Assembly: GCA_943370125.1 (NCBI GenBank)
Contig: CALRPR020000008.1
Location: 3,826-67,825, forward strand
Source of the DNA: Bosea thiooxidans
GTDB lineage: Bacteria; Pseudomonadota; Alphaproteobacteria; Acetobacterales; Acetobacteraceae
Reading direction: 5' to 3'
DNA: 64,000 bases
A program made the translations under genes and the position numbers. Below, piece by piece: positions 1 through 8,585 of the stretch. How positions within the stretch are numbered: the first letter of the stretch is position 1; every line of letters begins with the position of its first letter. Below the pieces are notes generated by a model. It was not told the origin of the DNA. It was given only the letters and a program-made list of their open reading frames with translations, and ran no database searches.

Positions 1-216
1 TTTGGTCGGGCAGCGGCGGAAGTGGGCGCGGTGATGGTGGTGGGCGGCAATATTGAAGGCTTCACCCGCGTGATGACGACCGCAATTGCGCTTGAAACCA
101 GCAAGGGCGATTTGCCGCTGGCGCTGGCGCTTGGGATTGTGCTGATGGCAATTGTGCTTGGCGTGAATGCGCTGGCGCAGGGGGTGCGGGGCATTGCCGG
201 GCGCTGGGCCGGCTGA
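1..216 (+). CDS. tupB: Tungstate ABC transporter permease, 5'-truncated by window edge
   Basis: Frame 1 reads FGRAAAEVGAVMVVGGNIEGFTRVMTTAIALETSKGD, the conserved TupB C-terminal motif; followed by tupC and tupA. Confidence 0.9.
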   Translation, partial: FGRAAAEVGAVMVVGGNIEGFTRVMTTAIALETSKGDLPLALALGIVLMAIVLGVNALAQGVRGIAGRWAG

Positions 217-217
217 C

Positions 218-940
218 ATGCGCGCACCCGATTCCATTCTGCCGCTTTGCACAGAAGGCTTGGGTTTTTCCGCAGGTGGCGCGGAGATTCTGAGCGATGT
301 TTCGCTGAAGATTACCGCTGGCGCGCCGACTCTGCTGATTGGCGCGAATGGTGCGGGGAAAAGCGTGCTGCTGCGGCTGCTGCATGGCTTGCTGAAGCCC
401 TCAGCCGGGCGGGTTTTCTGGGCGATGCCAACCGACCAAGCCGCGCGGCGCCAGGCGATGGTGTTTCAGCGCCCGGTGCTGCTGCGCCGTTCGGTGTTGG
501 CCAATACGCTCTACCCGCTGACGCTGGCTGGAGTGGCGCAGGGTGAACGTCTGGCGCGGGCAGAGGAAGCGCTGGCGTTGGTGGGGCTTGCGGATCGCGC
601 AGATGAACCGGCGCGCATGCTTTCTGTTGGCCAGCAGCAACGCTTGGCGCTGGCGCGCGCCGCGGCGCTCCAGCCGGAATTGCTGTTTCTGGATGAGCCG
701 TCTGCCAGCCTGGACCCTGCCGCGACGCGCGCAGTGGAGGAGATTGTGCTGACGCTGGCGCAGCGCGGCACCAAGATTGTCATGACCACGCATGATTTGG
801 CGCAGGCGCGGCGGCTGGCGGGTGATGTGGTGTTTCTGCATCGCGGCAGTGTGCTGGAACAGGCGCCGGCTGAGGCGTTTTTCCAGCAGCCAGCTTCAGC
901 CACGGCGCGCGCCTTTTTGCGCGGCGAATTGGTGTGGTGA
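218..940 (+). CDS. tupC: Tungstate ABC transporter ATP-binding subunit
   Basis: ATG at 218 right after tupB stop; Walker A GANGAGKS, Q-loop VFQRPVLLRRS, LSVGQQQR, Walker B LLFLDEP, H-loop MTTHD. Confidence 0.88.
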   Translation: MRAPDSILPLCTEGLGFSAGGAEILSDVSLKITAGAPTLLIGANGAGKSVLLRLLHGLLKPSAGRVFWAMPTDQAARRQAMVFQRPVLLRRSVLANTLYPLTLAGVAQGERLARAEEALALVGLADRADEPARMLSVGQQQRLALARAAALQPELLFLDEPSASLDPAATRAVEEIVLTLAQRGTKIVMTTHDLAQARRLAGDVVFLHRGSVLEQAPAEAFFQQPASATARAFLRGELVW

Positions 941-966
941 TGGGTCTGAAAGAAAGGAAACGAAAC

Positions 967-1803
967 ATGATGGGTATCTTTCGGCGCGGCATTTTGCCGA
1001 TGTTGCTCGCGGCTGTTGCGCTGCCGGCCATGGCGCAGGAACGCAGCATTACCGTTGCTTCCACCACCAGCACGGAACAATCCGGCCTGTTCGGCCATGT
1101 CCTGCCGATCTTCACGCGCGAAACCGGCATTGCCGTGCGCGTGGTGGCTTTGGGCACGGGCCAGGCCTTGGATGTGGGCCGGCGCGGCGATGCGGATATT
1201 GTCTTTGTGCATGATCGTGCGGCGGAAGAACGCTTTGTTGCGGAAGGTTTTGGCGGACCGCGGCGGCATGTGATGTTCAATGATTTTGTGATCACCGGCC
1301 CCACCGCCGACCCTGCGCGCATCGCCGGGCTCGGCGATACGGCTGAAGCGCTACGCCGCATCGCCGCCGCGCGCGCACCCTTCATCAGCCGTGGTGATCG
1401 CAGCGGTACCCATGCGGCGGAGCTTCGCTTGTGGCAATTGGCCGGCGTGGACCCCGCCACCGGGCGCGGCCAATGGTATCGCGAAGTGGGGCAAGGCATG
1501 GGTCCGGCGCTGAATACCGCCGCCGCCCAGAGTGCCTATATTCTGGCCGATCGCGGCACCTGGCTGAGCTTCCGCAATCGGCAGGATCAGCGGATTTTGA
1601 TTGAAGGCGATACGCGGCTGTTCAATCAATATGGCGTCATGCTGGTGAACGCCCAGCGCCATGCGCATGTGAAGGCGGCGGATGGGCAGCGCTTCATTGA
1701 TTGGCTACTTTCATCCGCTGGTCAGGCCGCGATTGCTTCCTATCGTATCAATGGAGAACAGCTTTTCTTCCCCAATGCGGATAAGCCTGAGCCGGTTTCG
1801 TGA
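967..1803 (+). CDS. tupA: Tungstate ABC transporter substrate-binding protein
   Basis: Signal peptide, ASTTSTEQSGL (TupA TTS motif), GTGQAL, FISRGDRSGTH, LFNQYGV; AAGGAA upstream of ATG 967. Confidence 0.9.
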   Translation: MMGIFRRGILPMLLAAVALPAMAQERSITVASTTSTEQSGLFGHVLPIFTRETGIAVRVVALGTGQALDVGRRGDADIVFVHDRAAEERFVAEGFGGPRRHVMFNDFVITGPTADPARIAGLGDTAEALRRIAAARAPFISRGDRSGTHAAELRLWQLAGVDPATGRGQWYREVGQGMGPALNTAAAQSAYILADRGTWLSFRNRQDQRILIEGDTRLFNQYGVMLVNAQRHAHVKAADGQRFIDWLLSSAGQAAIASYRINGEQLFFPNADKPEPVS

Positions 1804-1810
1804 AGCTGTG

Positions 1811-2140
1811 TTAGGTGACTGCCACGCGCGCTTCAGTGCGCGCCTGGCGGCCCTTTTCATCGGTCCAGATGAATTCGAAATGGCTCGGCTTTTCAATCCG
1901 CACGAAAAATACGTGATATGGGTTGGTCGCGGTGCCATTCTGGAAATCGGCAGCAAATAGCGTTTCACCATTCAGCCGCACCATCAGCCGTGTCAGCATA
2001 TCGCGCGGCAAGGCGCGGCCGGCTTCATGGCGCAGCCCCGTTTCCATCGGGTGTTCGATCAGGGTGCGGATTTCAATCACCTCACCCACGCGGGCGCTAC
2101 GCGGGATGCGAATGCGGGGCTGGGATGGCAAAGCGCTCAT
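1811..2140 (-). CDS. soxZ: SoxZ-family sulfur-carrier subunit
   Basis: IEHPMETGLR and NPY motifs, WTDEKG; start overlaps soxY stop (ATGA). Confidence 0.85.
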   Translation of the reverse strand: MSALPSQPRIRIPRSARVGEVIEIRTLIEHPMETGLRHEAGRALPRDMLTRLMVRLNGETLFAADFQNGTATNPYHVFFVRIEKPSHFEFIWTDEKGRQARTEARVAVT

Positions 2141-2562
2141 GACAGGCACCCCCCGGCGCCAACACGCATTTCCGCGCTGGCACGCATGACGCGGCCGGTA
2201 CTGGTTTCCGCCAAAACGATCAGACGTTGATCTTCAGCCAGGCGAATGCGCGTTTGCACTTCGGCGCGGGCGAGCAACGGCGTCAGCCGAAAGGTCGCCA
2301 CGCCCGGTGTGGGATTGCGGGAGGCAAAAACATGAATGGCAGTGATGTGATCCTGCTGCGTCATTGGGCTTTCCACCACAATGCCAAGCGGCACTTGCCC
2401 GCCATTTTCGGCAAGTGTGGGCACGCGGAGCAGAATGCCGCCATCGGTCACGGGCTTGTCGCCGATAGCTTCGCGGATGGTGGTGGACAGCGCATCATCC
2501 GCCCGCGCCGCAGCGGCGAAGGGCAGCGCCAGAAGCGCGAGGCAGGTCCTTCGAGCGATCAT
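2137..2562 (-). CDS. soxY: SoxY-family sulfur carrier with non-canonical C-terminus (VGAGGCLS)
   Basis: Twin-Arg leader IARRTCL, PTLAENGGQVP, NPTP, TRIRLA, C-terminal GGC; GGAGG upstream. Confidence 0.82.
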   Translation of the reverse strand: MIARRTCLALLALPFAAAARADDALSTTIREAIGDKPVTDGGILLRVPTLAENGGQVPLGIVVESPMTQQDHITAIHVFASRNPTPGVATFRLTPLLARAEVQTRIRLAEDQRLIVLAETSTGRVMRASAEMRVGAGGCLS

Positions 2563-2755
2563 CATCACCTCCAAACCACGCCGCCGGGCTTGGTGGCGCA
2601 GCAGGTTTTCTTAAGGGCTAGGCGGCGCAGCGCCTTGTTGCGGCTTGATATGGCGTCCGCATCTTTCAGGCACAAGTGAGATAATTTAGTGCTATCAGGG
2701 GATCAAGCAGAACAAAGGGCTTGCTGCGCCGGCTTTGAAATTTGGAAAATATTTC

Positions 2756-3904
2756 TCAGCGATCCAGGCGAAAAAGCGGGCGCAGACGCAGCCCCACCCA
2801 ATTGCCGGCGAGGCCCGGCAGGATCCAAAGCCAGCCATGCAGGCTGCCGGAAGCAATCCCCGCCACATAGGCGCTGATATTGCAGCCCGAGGCCATGACC
2901 GCGCCATAGCCGAGCAAAAGCCCCCCGATGACCGAGGCGCAAACATGCCGCCAAGGCAGGCGCCATGTGGGGCTAAAGCGCGCCGCAATGGCGGCCGCGA
3001 AAAACGCACCGAGCATCAGGCCGAAATTCATTACGCTGCTGCGCTCCGCAAGCACAGGGCGAAGGAAGGCTTCCGTGCGCGTCGGGTCTTCCCAAAAGGC
3101 CCAGAAGGCGGGTTCATCCCAGCCGAATTCGGCAATGATGCGCGAACCCCAGAGCGGGAAGGATGCCGTGATGACCCAAGGCCGCCCTGCTGCCCAAAGC
3201 GTCAGGATATTGAGCGCGGCGAGGATGATGGCGGCCATGGCCCAGGACCAGCGCCGTGATGCGTCTGGCGATGGCACGTTGAAGATTGGCTCAACGCGGC
3301 CATGGCGGCGTTGTTCGATCACGCGCGATCCCAGCGCCACGCAAAGAAAAATCGCCAAGCTGCCAAGCAGCGCGGGCCAAAGCCCAATCAGCTCCGGCAG
3401 GGTTGTGGCGGAAAGCGTTGGCAGATCCGCCCATCTTTCGGAATCATAAGCCGCGATGGTGGCGCCGGTGATGAAAAAGATCAGCGTCAGGAGCATGCGC
3501 GCATTGCCACCGCCCGCAGTATAGAGCGTGCCGGAAGCGCAGCCACCGCCCAATTGCATGCCAATGCCAAAGATGAAGGCGCCGATGACAACCGCGACCC
3601 CTGCGGGAAACACAATGCCACGCACCGGCGCGCCGGCGAGTGTGCCGACCTGAATGGCAGGCAGCATGATGATGACCAGAATGCCAAGCATGAGCATTTG
3701 CGCACGCAGCCCCGCGCCGCGCCCATCCGCCAGCGCCTCACGAAAACCGCCGGCAAAGCTGAAGGAACCGCGATAAAGCGTATAGCCCAGCGCCGCGCCA
3801 AGCGCCCAAAGCAGCGCGTGATTGCCGCCGTATTGCAGCGCAAGCCCAAGCGCACCGATCAGCAGGAGCAATGCCGCGATGATGGCTGGCAGGGCTTGGG
3901 GCAA
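2756..3904 (-). CDS. YeeE/YedE-family (TsuA-like) sulfur-compound transporter
   Basis: Multi-TM protein with both family motifs GMQLGGGCASGTL and GAVMASGCNISA. Confidence 0.88.
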   Translation of the reverse strand: MPQALPAIIAALLLLIGALGLALQYGGNHALLWALGAALGYTLYRGSFSFAGGFREALADGRGAGLRAQMLMLGILVIIMLPAIQVGTLAGAPVRGIVFPAGVAVVIGAFIFGIGMQLGGGCASGTLYTAGGGNARMLLTLIFFITGATIAAYDSERWADLPTLSATTLPELIGLWPALLGSLAIFLCVALGSRVIEQRRHGRVEPIFNVPSPDASRRWSWAMAAIILAALNILTLWAAGRPWVITASFPLWGSRIIAEFGWDEPAFWAFWEDPTRTEAFLRPVLAERSSVMNFGLMLGAFFAAAIAARFSPTWRLPWRHVCASVIGGLLLGYGAVMASGCNISAYVAGIASGSLHGWLWILPGLAGNWVGLRLRPLFRLDR

Positions 3905-3922
3905 GGCATTGGGCCTTTCGCG

Positions 3923-4519
3923 CTAGAGAATGAAAACGGGAATGAGTGAGGCCACTAATGCCAAGGCCATAGCGTAGTTGAAAAGCCGAAAAGCGCGATC
4001 GGAGGTAAGCAGCCTGCCAATCGCGACCCCAAAGCCGCACCAGAGCGCTGAGGAGATGATGCCGGTGACCACAAAGGCCCCCGCGATACGCGCTGCCTCA
4101 GACCAGACAGGCGCCTCGGGCACGGTATAGGCTGCAAGTGCGCCCACCCCCATGATCCAGGCCTTGGGATTGACCCATTGAAAACCCGCCGCTTCGAAGA
4201 AACTGATGGGCTTCGTGGTGGCTGCGCCCTTACCGCGCTCGGCTGTTGCGATGCGCCAGGCCAGATACACCATGTAGGCAGCGCCGACATATTTGAGTGC
4301 CAGATGCAGCCAAGGCAGCGCGGAGAAAACCGTGCCAAGCCCAAGCCCAATCGCAAGTACCATAGCCGGAAAACCAACAATAATGCCAAGCATATGCGGC
4401 AAGGCGCGGCGAAAGCCGAAATTGGCGCCAGAAGCCGTGAGCATGGCGTTATTCGGGCCGGGCGTGACGCTTGTGGTAAAGGCAAAACCAAGCAGCGCCC
4501 AAAGCAGCGGGTCATTCAA
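3923..4519 (-). CDS. LysE-family translocator (EamB/YfiK-like)
   Basis: SVTPGPNN, GFRRALPHMLG, FQWVNPKAW motifs; about 6 hydrophobic segments. Confidence 0.88.
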   Translation of the reverse strand: MNDPLLWALLGFAFTTSVTPGPNNAMLTASGANFGFRRALPHMLGIIVGFPAMVLAIGLGLGTVFSALPWLHLALKYVGAAYMVYLAWRIATAERGKGAATTKPISFFEAAGFQWVNPKAWIMGVGALAAYTVPEAPVWSEAARIAGAFVVTGIISSALWCGFGVAIGRLLTSDRAFRLFNYAMALALVASLIPVFIL

Positions 4520-4679
4520 TGCAGGGGTCCTTGTGGCATTGATTAGGATCCATTCGCCCTAACAGGCCCAGAATGTTTTGACAAAGAATGGGGTTACCAG
4601 CCCTTCCCACGCGCGGTCTGGACGCGCGCGCCAAGCTGTATCACGCTACACGCAACGCTAGCCTTGTTGGAGACGCCCC

Positions 4680-5834
4680 ATGGGTTCCTTGCTTTTCTCG
4701 CCGCTCACCATTCGCGGTGTGACGATTCCCAATCGCGTGGTGATGCCGCCACTTTGCCAATATTCGGCGATCGAAGGTTTGGCGAATGATTGGCATATGG
4801 TGCAGCTTGGTCGCTTCGCCGTGGGTGGCTTTGGGTTGATTTTCACCGAAGTCACAAGCGTGATGCGCGAAGGGCGCATCACCCATGGTGATCTTGGGCT
4901 TTGGTCCGATGCGCATATTGAGCCTGTGCAGCGGCTTGCGCGTTTCATCAAGGCGCAGGGCGCGGTGCCGGCGATGCAGCTTGGCCATGCAGGGCGCAAG
5001 GGTTCTTCGCAGCGCGCCTTTGAAGGCAATGGGCCGCTTGGTGCGCCGGAAATTGCGATTGGCGAAAAGCCCTGGCCGCTGGTGGGGCCGACAGCAACGG
5101 CCATTGGCGAAGGCCATGTGCAGCCCGAAGCGCTCACCAAGGAAGGCATGGCCGATATTCGCGAAGCTTTCGCCACCGCCACGCGGCGCGCACTCGCTGC
5201 CGGGTATGAGGCGATTGAGGTGCATTGCGCGCATGGCTATCTGCTGCATCAATTCCTCTCGCCACTCAGCAATACACGCAATGATGAATATGGCGGTGAC
5301 CTTGCCGGGCGCATGCGCTTCCCGCTTGAGATTGTGCGTGCGGTGCGCGAAGCCTGGCCGGAGAACCTGCCATTATTCGTGCGCATTTCCGCGGTGGATG
5401 GTGCTGATGGTGGCTGGGAAATGTCTGATAGTGTTGCTTACGCGCGCGAATGCCAAAAGCTTGGCGTTGATGTGATGGATTGTTCATCAGGCGGGATTGG
5501 CGGCAGCGCTACCGGCAGCAAACGCGTGCCGCGTGGTTATGGTTTTCAGATTCCCTATGCCGCGCAAATCCGCCGAGAGCTTGGCATGAAATCCATGGCG
5601 GTTGGGCTGATTATCGGCCCGCAACAGGCCGAAGCGGCTTTGGCTGCGGGTGATGCTGACCTGATCGCGGTTGGGCGCGAAGGCATGAACAACCCGAATT
5701 GGCCTTTGCATGCGCGCGCCGTGCTGGAACCCGGCACAACCGAGGAAGTTTTCGGCTGCTGGCCGCCGCAACATGGCTGGTGGATGGAAAAGCGTGGCGC
5801 GGTGATGAATGCACTCGGCACACCGCCGGCGTGA
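4680..5834 (+). CDS. NADH:flavin oxidoreductase (Old Yellow Enzyme, YqjM/XenA class)
   Basis: NRVVMPPLCQYSA, QLGHAGRKGS, EVHCAHGYLLHQFLSP, NTRNDEYGG, AVGREGMNNPNW. Confidence 0.92.
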   Translation: MGSLLFSPLTIRGVTIPNRVVMPPLCQYSAIEGLANDWHMVQLGRFAVGGFGLIFTEVTSVMREGRITHGDLGLWSDAHIEPVQRLARFIKAQGAVPAMQLGHAGRKGSSQRAFEGNGPLGAPEIAIGEKPWPLVGPTATAIGEGHVQPEALTKEGMADIREAFATATRRALAAGYEAIEVHCAHGYLLHQFLSPLSNTRNDEYGGDLAGRMRFPLEIVRAVREAWPENLPLFVRISAVDGADGGWEMSDSVAYARECQKLGVDVMDCSSGGIGGSATGSKRVPRGYGFQIPYAAQIRRELGMKSMAVGLIIGPQQAEAALAAGDADLIAVGREGMNNPNWPLHARAVLEPGTTEEVFGCWPPQHGWWMEKRGAVMNALGTPPA

Positions 5835-5869
5835 TGATTTTGTGCTGAGACAATGGAAGGAAACGCAAT

Positions 5870-6466
5870 ATGAAGCTCGCTTACTCACCCAATAGCCCCT
5901 ATGTGCGGAAATGCGTCGCACTCGCGATCCAGCGCGGCATTGATAAGAAAATGGAACTTTGGACGGTTGGTACGACCGATCCGGCTTTGGTGAAGATCAA
6001 TCCTTTGTCCAAGGTGCCGACCCTGGTGCTGGATGATGGCACCGCGCTTTATGACAGCCCGGTGATTTGTGAATATCTGGACAGTGTCGGCGATGGGCCG
6101 AAGATGTTCCCGCCCGCGGGGCCGGCGCGTTGGAAGGCGTTGCGTCAGGAAGCTTTGGGCGATGGCATTCTGGATGCCACTCAGCCGCGCCGGCGCGAAA
6201 TTGCACTGCCTCAGGATGAAGGGCGGCAGACCTATATCGAACTTCAGCAAGGCAAGGTGAAAGCGGCGCTGGCTGTGCTGGAAGCGGAAGCCGATAGCCT
6301 CGGCATGCTGACGAATATTGGTGAAATCACCATTGCTTGTGCTTTGGGCTATATGGATTTCCGTTACGCCAATGAACCCTGGCGGCCTGGGCATCCCAAG
6401 CTGGAAGCCTGGTACGCGAAGGTATCTGCCATGCCGGCCATGGCGCGGACTGTCCCGCCTGGCTGA
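5870..6466 (+). CDS. Glutathione S-transferase family protein (YibF-like)
   Basis: SPNSPYVRK, NPLSKVPTL, YDSPVICEYLD, IACALGYMDFR; GGAAGG upstream. Confidence 0.9.
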   Translation: MKLAYSPNSPYVRKCVALAIQRGIDKKMELWTVGTTDPALVKINPLSKVPTLVLDDGTALYDSPVICEYLDSVGDGPKMFPPAGPARWKALRQEALGDGILDATQPRRREIALPQDEGRQTYIELQQGKVKAALAVLEAEADSLGMLTNIGEITIACALGYMDFRYANEPWRPGHPKLEAWYAKVSAMPAMARTVPPG

Positions 6467-6497
6467 GGCAAAGTGTTTGGCGCGCTGCGGCTTGCGT

Positions 6498-7391
6498 TTA
6501 TGCGCGGGTCGCAGCGCGCCAGGCTTTGGCGATATCAATGCGCCGCGCGACCCAGACCTGATCGCCCAACTCCGCAAGCCGCGCCAATATTTTTTCAAAG
6601 GCGGGAAACCGCGCTGGCCGCCCTGCAATGCGCAAATGATAGCCGATATTGAGCAAGCGCGGCTTGCCCTGCTTGGCTTCTGTCAGCAACACATCAAGCG
6701 CATCATTCACATATTCAACCATCTCACTGGCGCGTACAAAGCCGTTCGGATGGAAGAATTTCATGTCATTGGTATCAAGCGCATAGGGCAGCACTGAAAG
6801 CCCAGGATGCGCGTGGTCATCATAGGGCACGTCGTCATCGAAAGCATTGGATACCCAGGTAAAGCCGCGTTCCTGAAGCAACCCGCGCGTCCAGATGCTT
6901 TCCGACCCGCGACAGAAAAACCCCTGAGGCGCCTCGCCACAAGCTTTGGCAATGGCAGCAATGCAGCGATCAAGATCGGCGGCTTCCGCTTCACGAGACG
7001 TGTAATCCGCTTGCGGGCGCCAGAGCCAGCCATGGGCGGCGGCTTCATGGCCGCGCCTGGTTACCTCGGCAGCGAGGGAGGGCGCCCTTTCAACAGCGCG
7101 ACCACACATCAGAAAGGTTGCGGGAATGGCGTGAGTAGCCAGCGCATCGAGCATCCGCCAGAAACCTGCGCGCGTGCCATAAGCGAAAATCTGTTCCTGG
7201 CCCATGTCGCGCACACCAGGGGCGACGACGCTGATTACCTCGCCCATGCGTTCGCATTGGGGGTCCCCATCACCCACTTGTTGCTCGGCGCCTTCTTCGA
7301 AATTGACAGCAACAGAAACAGCAAGCCTCGCGCCATTGGGCCAGTGCATGTCAGGCCATTTGCCACCATAGCCAACCATATCGCGTGTCAT
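6498..7391 (-). CDS. Polysaccharide-deacetylase-family hydrolase, PuuE-like (divergent paralogue)
   Basis: RDMVGYG, NFEEGAE, YGTRAGFWR, HEAAAHGWLW, LPYALDTND, LNIGYHLRIAGRPAR; AGGAG upstream of ATG 7391 (track ORF over-extended). Confidence 0.85.
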   Translation of the reverse strand: MTRDMVGYGGKWPDMHWPNGARLAVSVAVNFEEGAEQQVGDGDPQCERMGEVISVVAPGVRDMGQEQIFAYGTRAGFWRMLDALATHAIPATFLMCGRAVERAPSLAAEVTRRGHEAAAHGWLWRPQADYTSREAEAADLDRCIAAIAKACGEAPQGFFCRGSESIWTRGLLQERGFTWVSNAFDDDVPYDDHAHPGLSVLPYALDTNDMKFFHPNGFVRASEMVEYVNDALDVLLTEAKQGKPRLLNIGYHLRIAGRPARFPAFEKILARLAELGDQVWVARRIDIAKAWRAATRA

Positions 7392-8572
7392 GCGAAATCT
7401 CCTTTGCGGGCATGGCGCCCGAACCAACACAGCGCCGCACCCGCCAGCGGCAGCGTTGCCAATAGCGCGAAAGCGTAGCGATAGCCGTGCAATTCCTGCC
7501 CGAGCAACGCAATCAGCGGCGGCCCAAGCACGGCACCGGCGAAGCTGAGTGAAATCACCGCACCGGAAGCCGCGCCTGCAGCACCAGGGGGCGCAAGGCG
7601 CACGCTTTCCGCCACCAATACGCCATTCCAACCGGCGGTGCTGGCGCCGATGGCGATGAAAAGCAGCACCAGCAGGAAGGTTTGGCTACCGCCTACCAAG
7701 GGCAGCATCATCAGGAAAACCCCCGACAGCGCGCCGATCATCATCAATACCCGCTGCCCACCCAGTTTCGTATCCGCCACCAAAGCCCAGCCGATGCGTG
7801 AAAGTCCACCGACCACCTGACAAAGCCCAACCAGGGCGCCCGCCGAAACCGAATCCCAGCCGTAATCACCAATCAGCATGGCGACCATATGCGCGCCAAG
7901 GCCTATCTGCACCAAGGCATAACAAGCAGCCGCCAAGCCAATAACGCCAAGCGCGGGGGATTTCAGCAACAGTAATGGCCCTGCCTGCAAGGCGGGCGTA
8001 CCGCGATCCTGATCCCAGTCCGCACGCTTCAATTGCAGCCCGATCACCATGGTAAGCAACATCGCAGCCGCAATCAGCATGGCATTGCGCCAACCAAGAA
8101 GCTCTGCCGTGCCAGGCAGCATCAAGCCTGCAAGTGCCACACCGAAGGGCACGCCCATTTGCTTCAGGCCAAACACCATATTGCGGCGTGACGGTGGCGC
8201 AAGCTTGCCAAGTAATTGTGAGGCAGCCGGATTGGTAAGCCCATAGGCAAGGCCAATCAGCATCGTTGCAGGCAGCGCGATGGTAAGCTCAGCAAAGCTG
8301 AGCAGCGCAACACCAACCGCTGCAGCCGCAAGTGCAATTTGCGTCGTGCGCGCCGGCCCCCATATCGCAAGCCAGCGCGGCCCATAGGCAGAAGCGAAAA
8401 CCGCGCTGAGGTAAACCAAGCCCACCTGATAGCCGATAGTCGCGCGCGCCATCCCAAAACCCGGCGCGGCATAGGCCACCAAAACAGGCAAAGCATAAAC
8501 CGCCATGGTGGCCAAGGTTTGCGCCCCAGCCAGCAGAAAAACTACCAGAGCCAGGCCGCTCGCTTTATTCAT
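7388..8572 (-). CDS. MFS transporter
   Basis: About 12 hydrophobic segments, NPAASQLL, FGLKQMGVPFG, LADTKLGG loop; stop overlaps the next ATG. Confidence 0.85.
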   Translation of the reverse strand: MNKASGLALVVFLLAGAQTLATMAVYALPVLVAYAAPGFGMARATIGYQVGLVYLSAVFASAYGPRWLAIWGPARTTQIALAAAAVGVALLSFAELTIALPATMLIGLAYGLTNPAASQLLGKLAPPSRRNMVFGLKQMGVPFGVALAGLMLPGTAELLGWRNAMLIAAAMLLTMVIGLQLKRADWDQDRGTPALQAGPLLLLKSPALGVIGLAAACYALVQIGLGAHMVAMLIGDYGWDSVSAGALVGLCQVVGGLSRIGWALVADTKLGGQRVLMMIGALSGVFLMMLPLVGGSQTFLLVLLFIAIGASTAGWNGVLVAESVRLAPPGAAGAASGAVISLSFAGAVLGPPLIALLGQELHGYRYAFALLATLPLAGAALCWFGRHARKGDFA

Positions 8573-8585
8573 GCGCGGGTCTGTG

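Noticed and set aside
1811-2562. Lithotrophic Sox thiosulfate-oxidation pathway
   Set aside because: Only soxYZ are present, SoxY lacks GGCGG, and no soxABCDX occur in the window.
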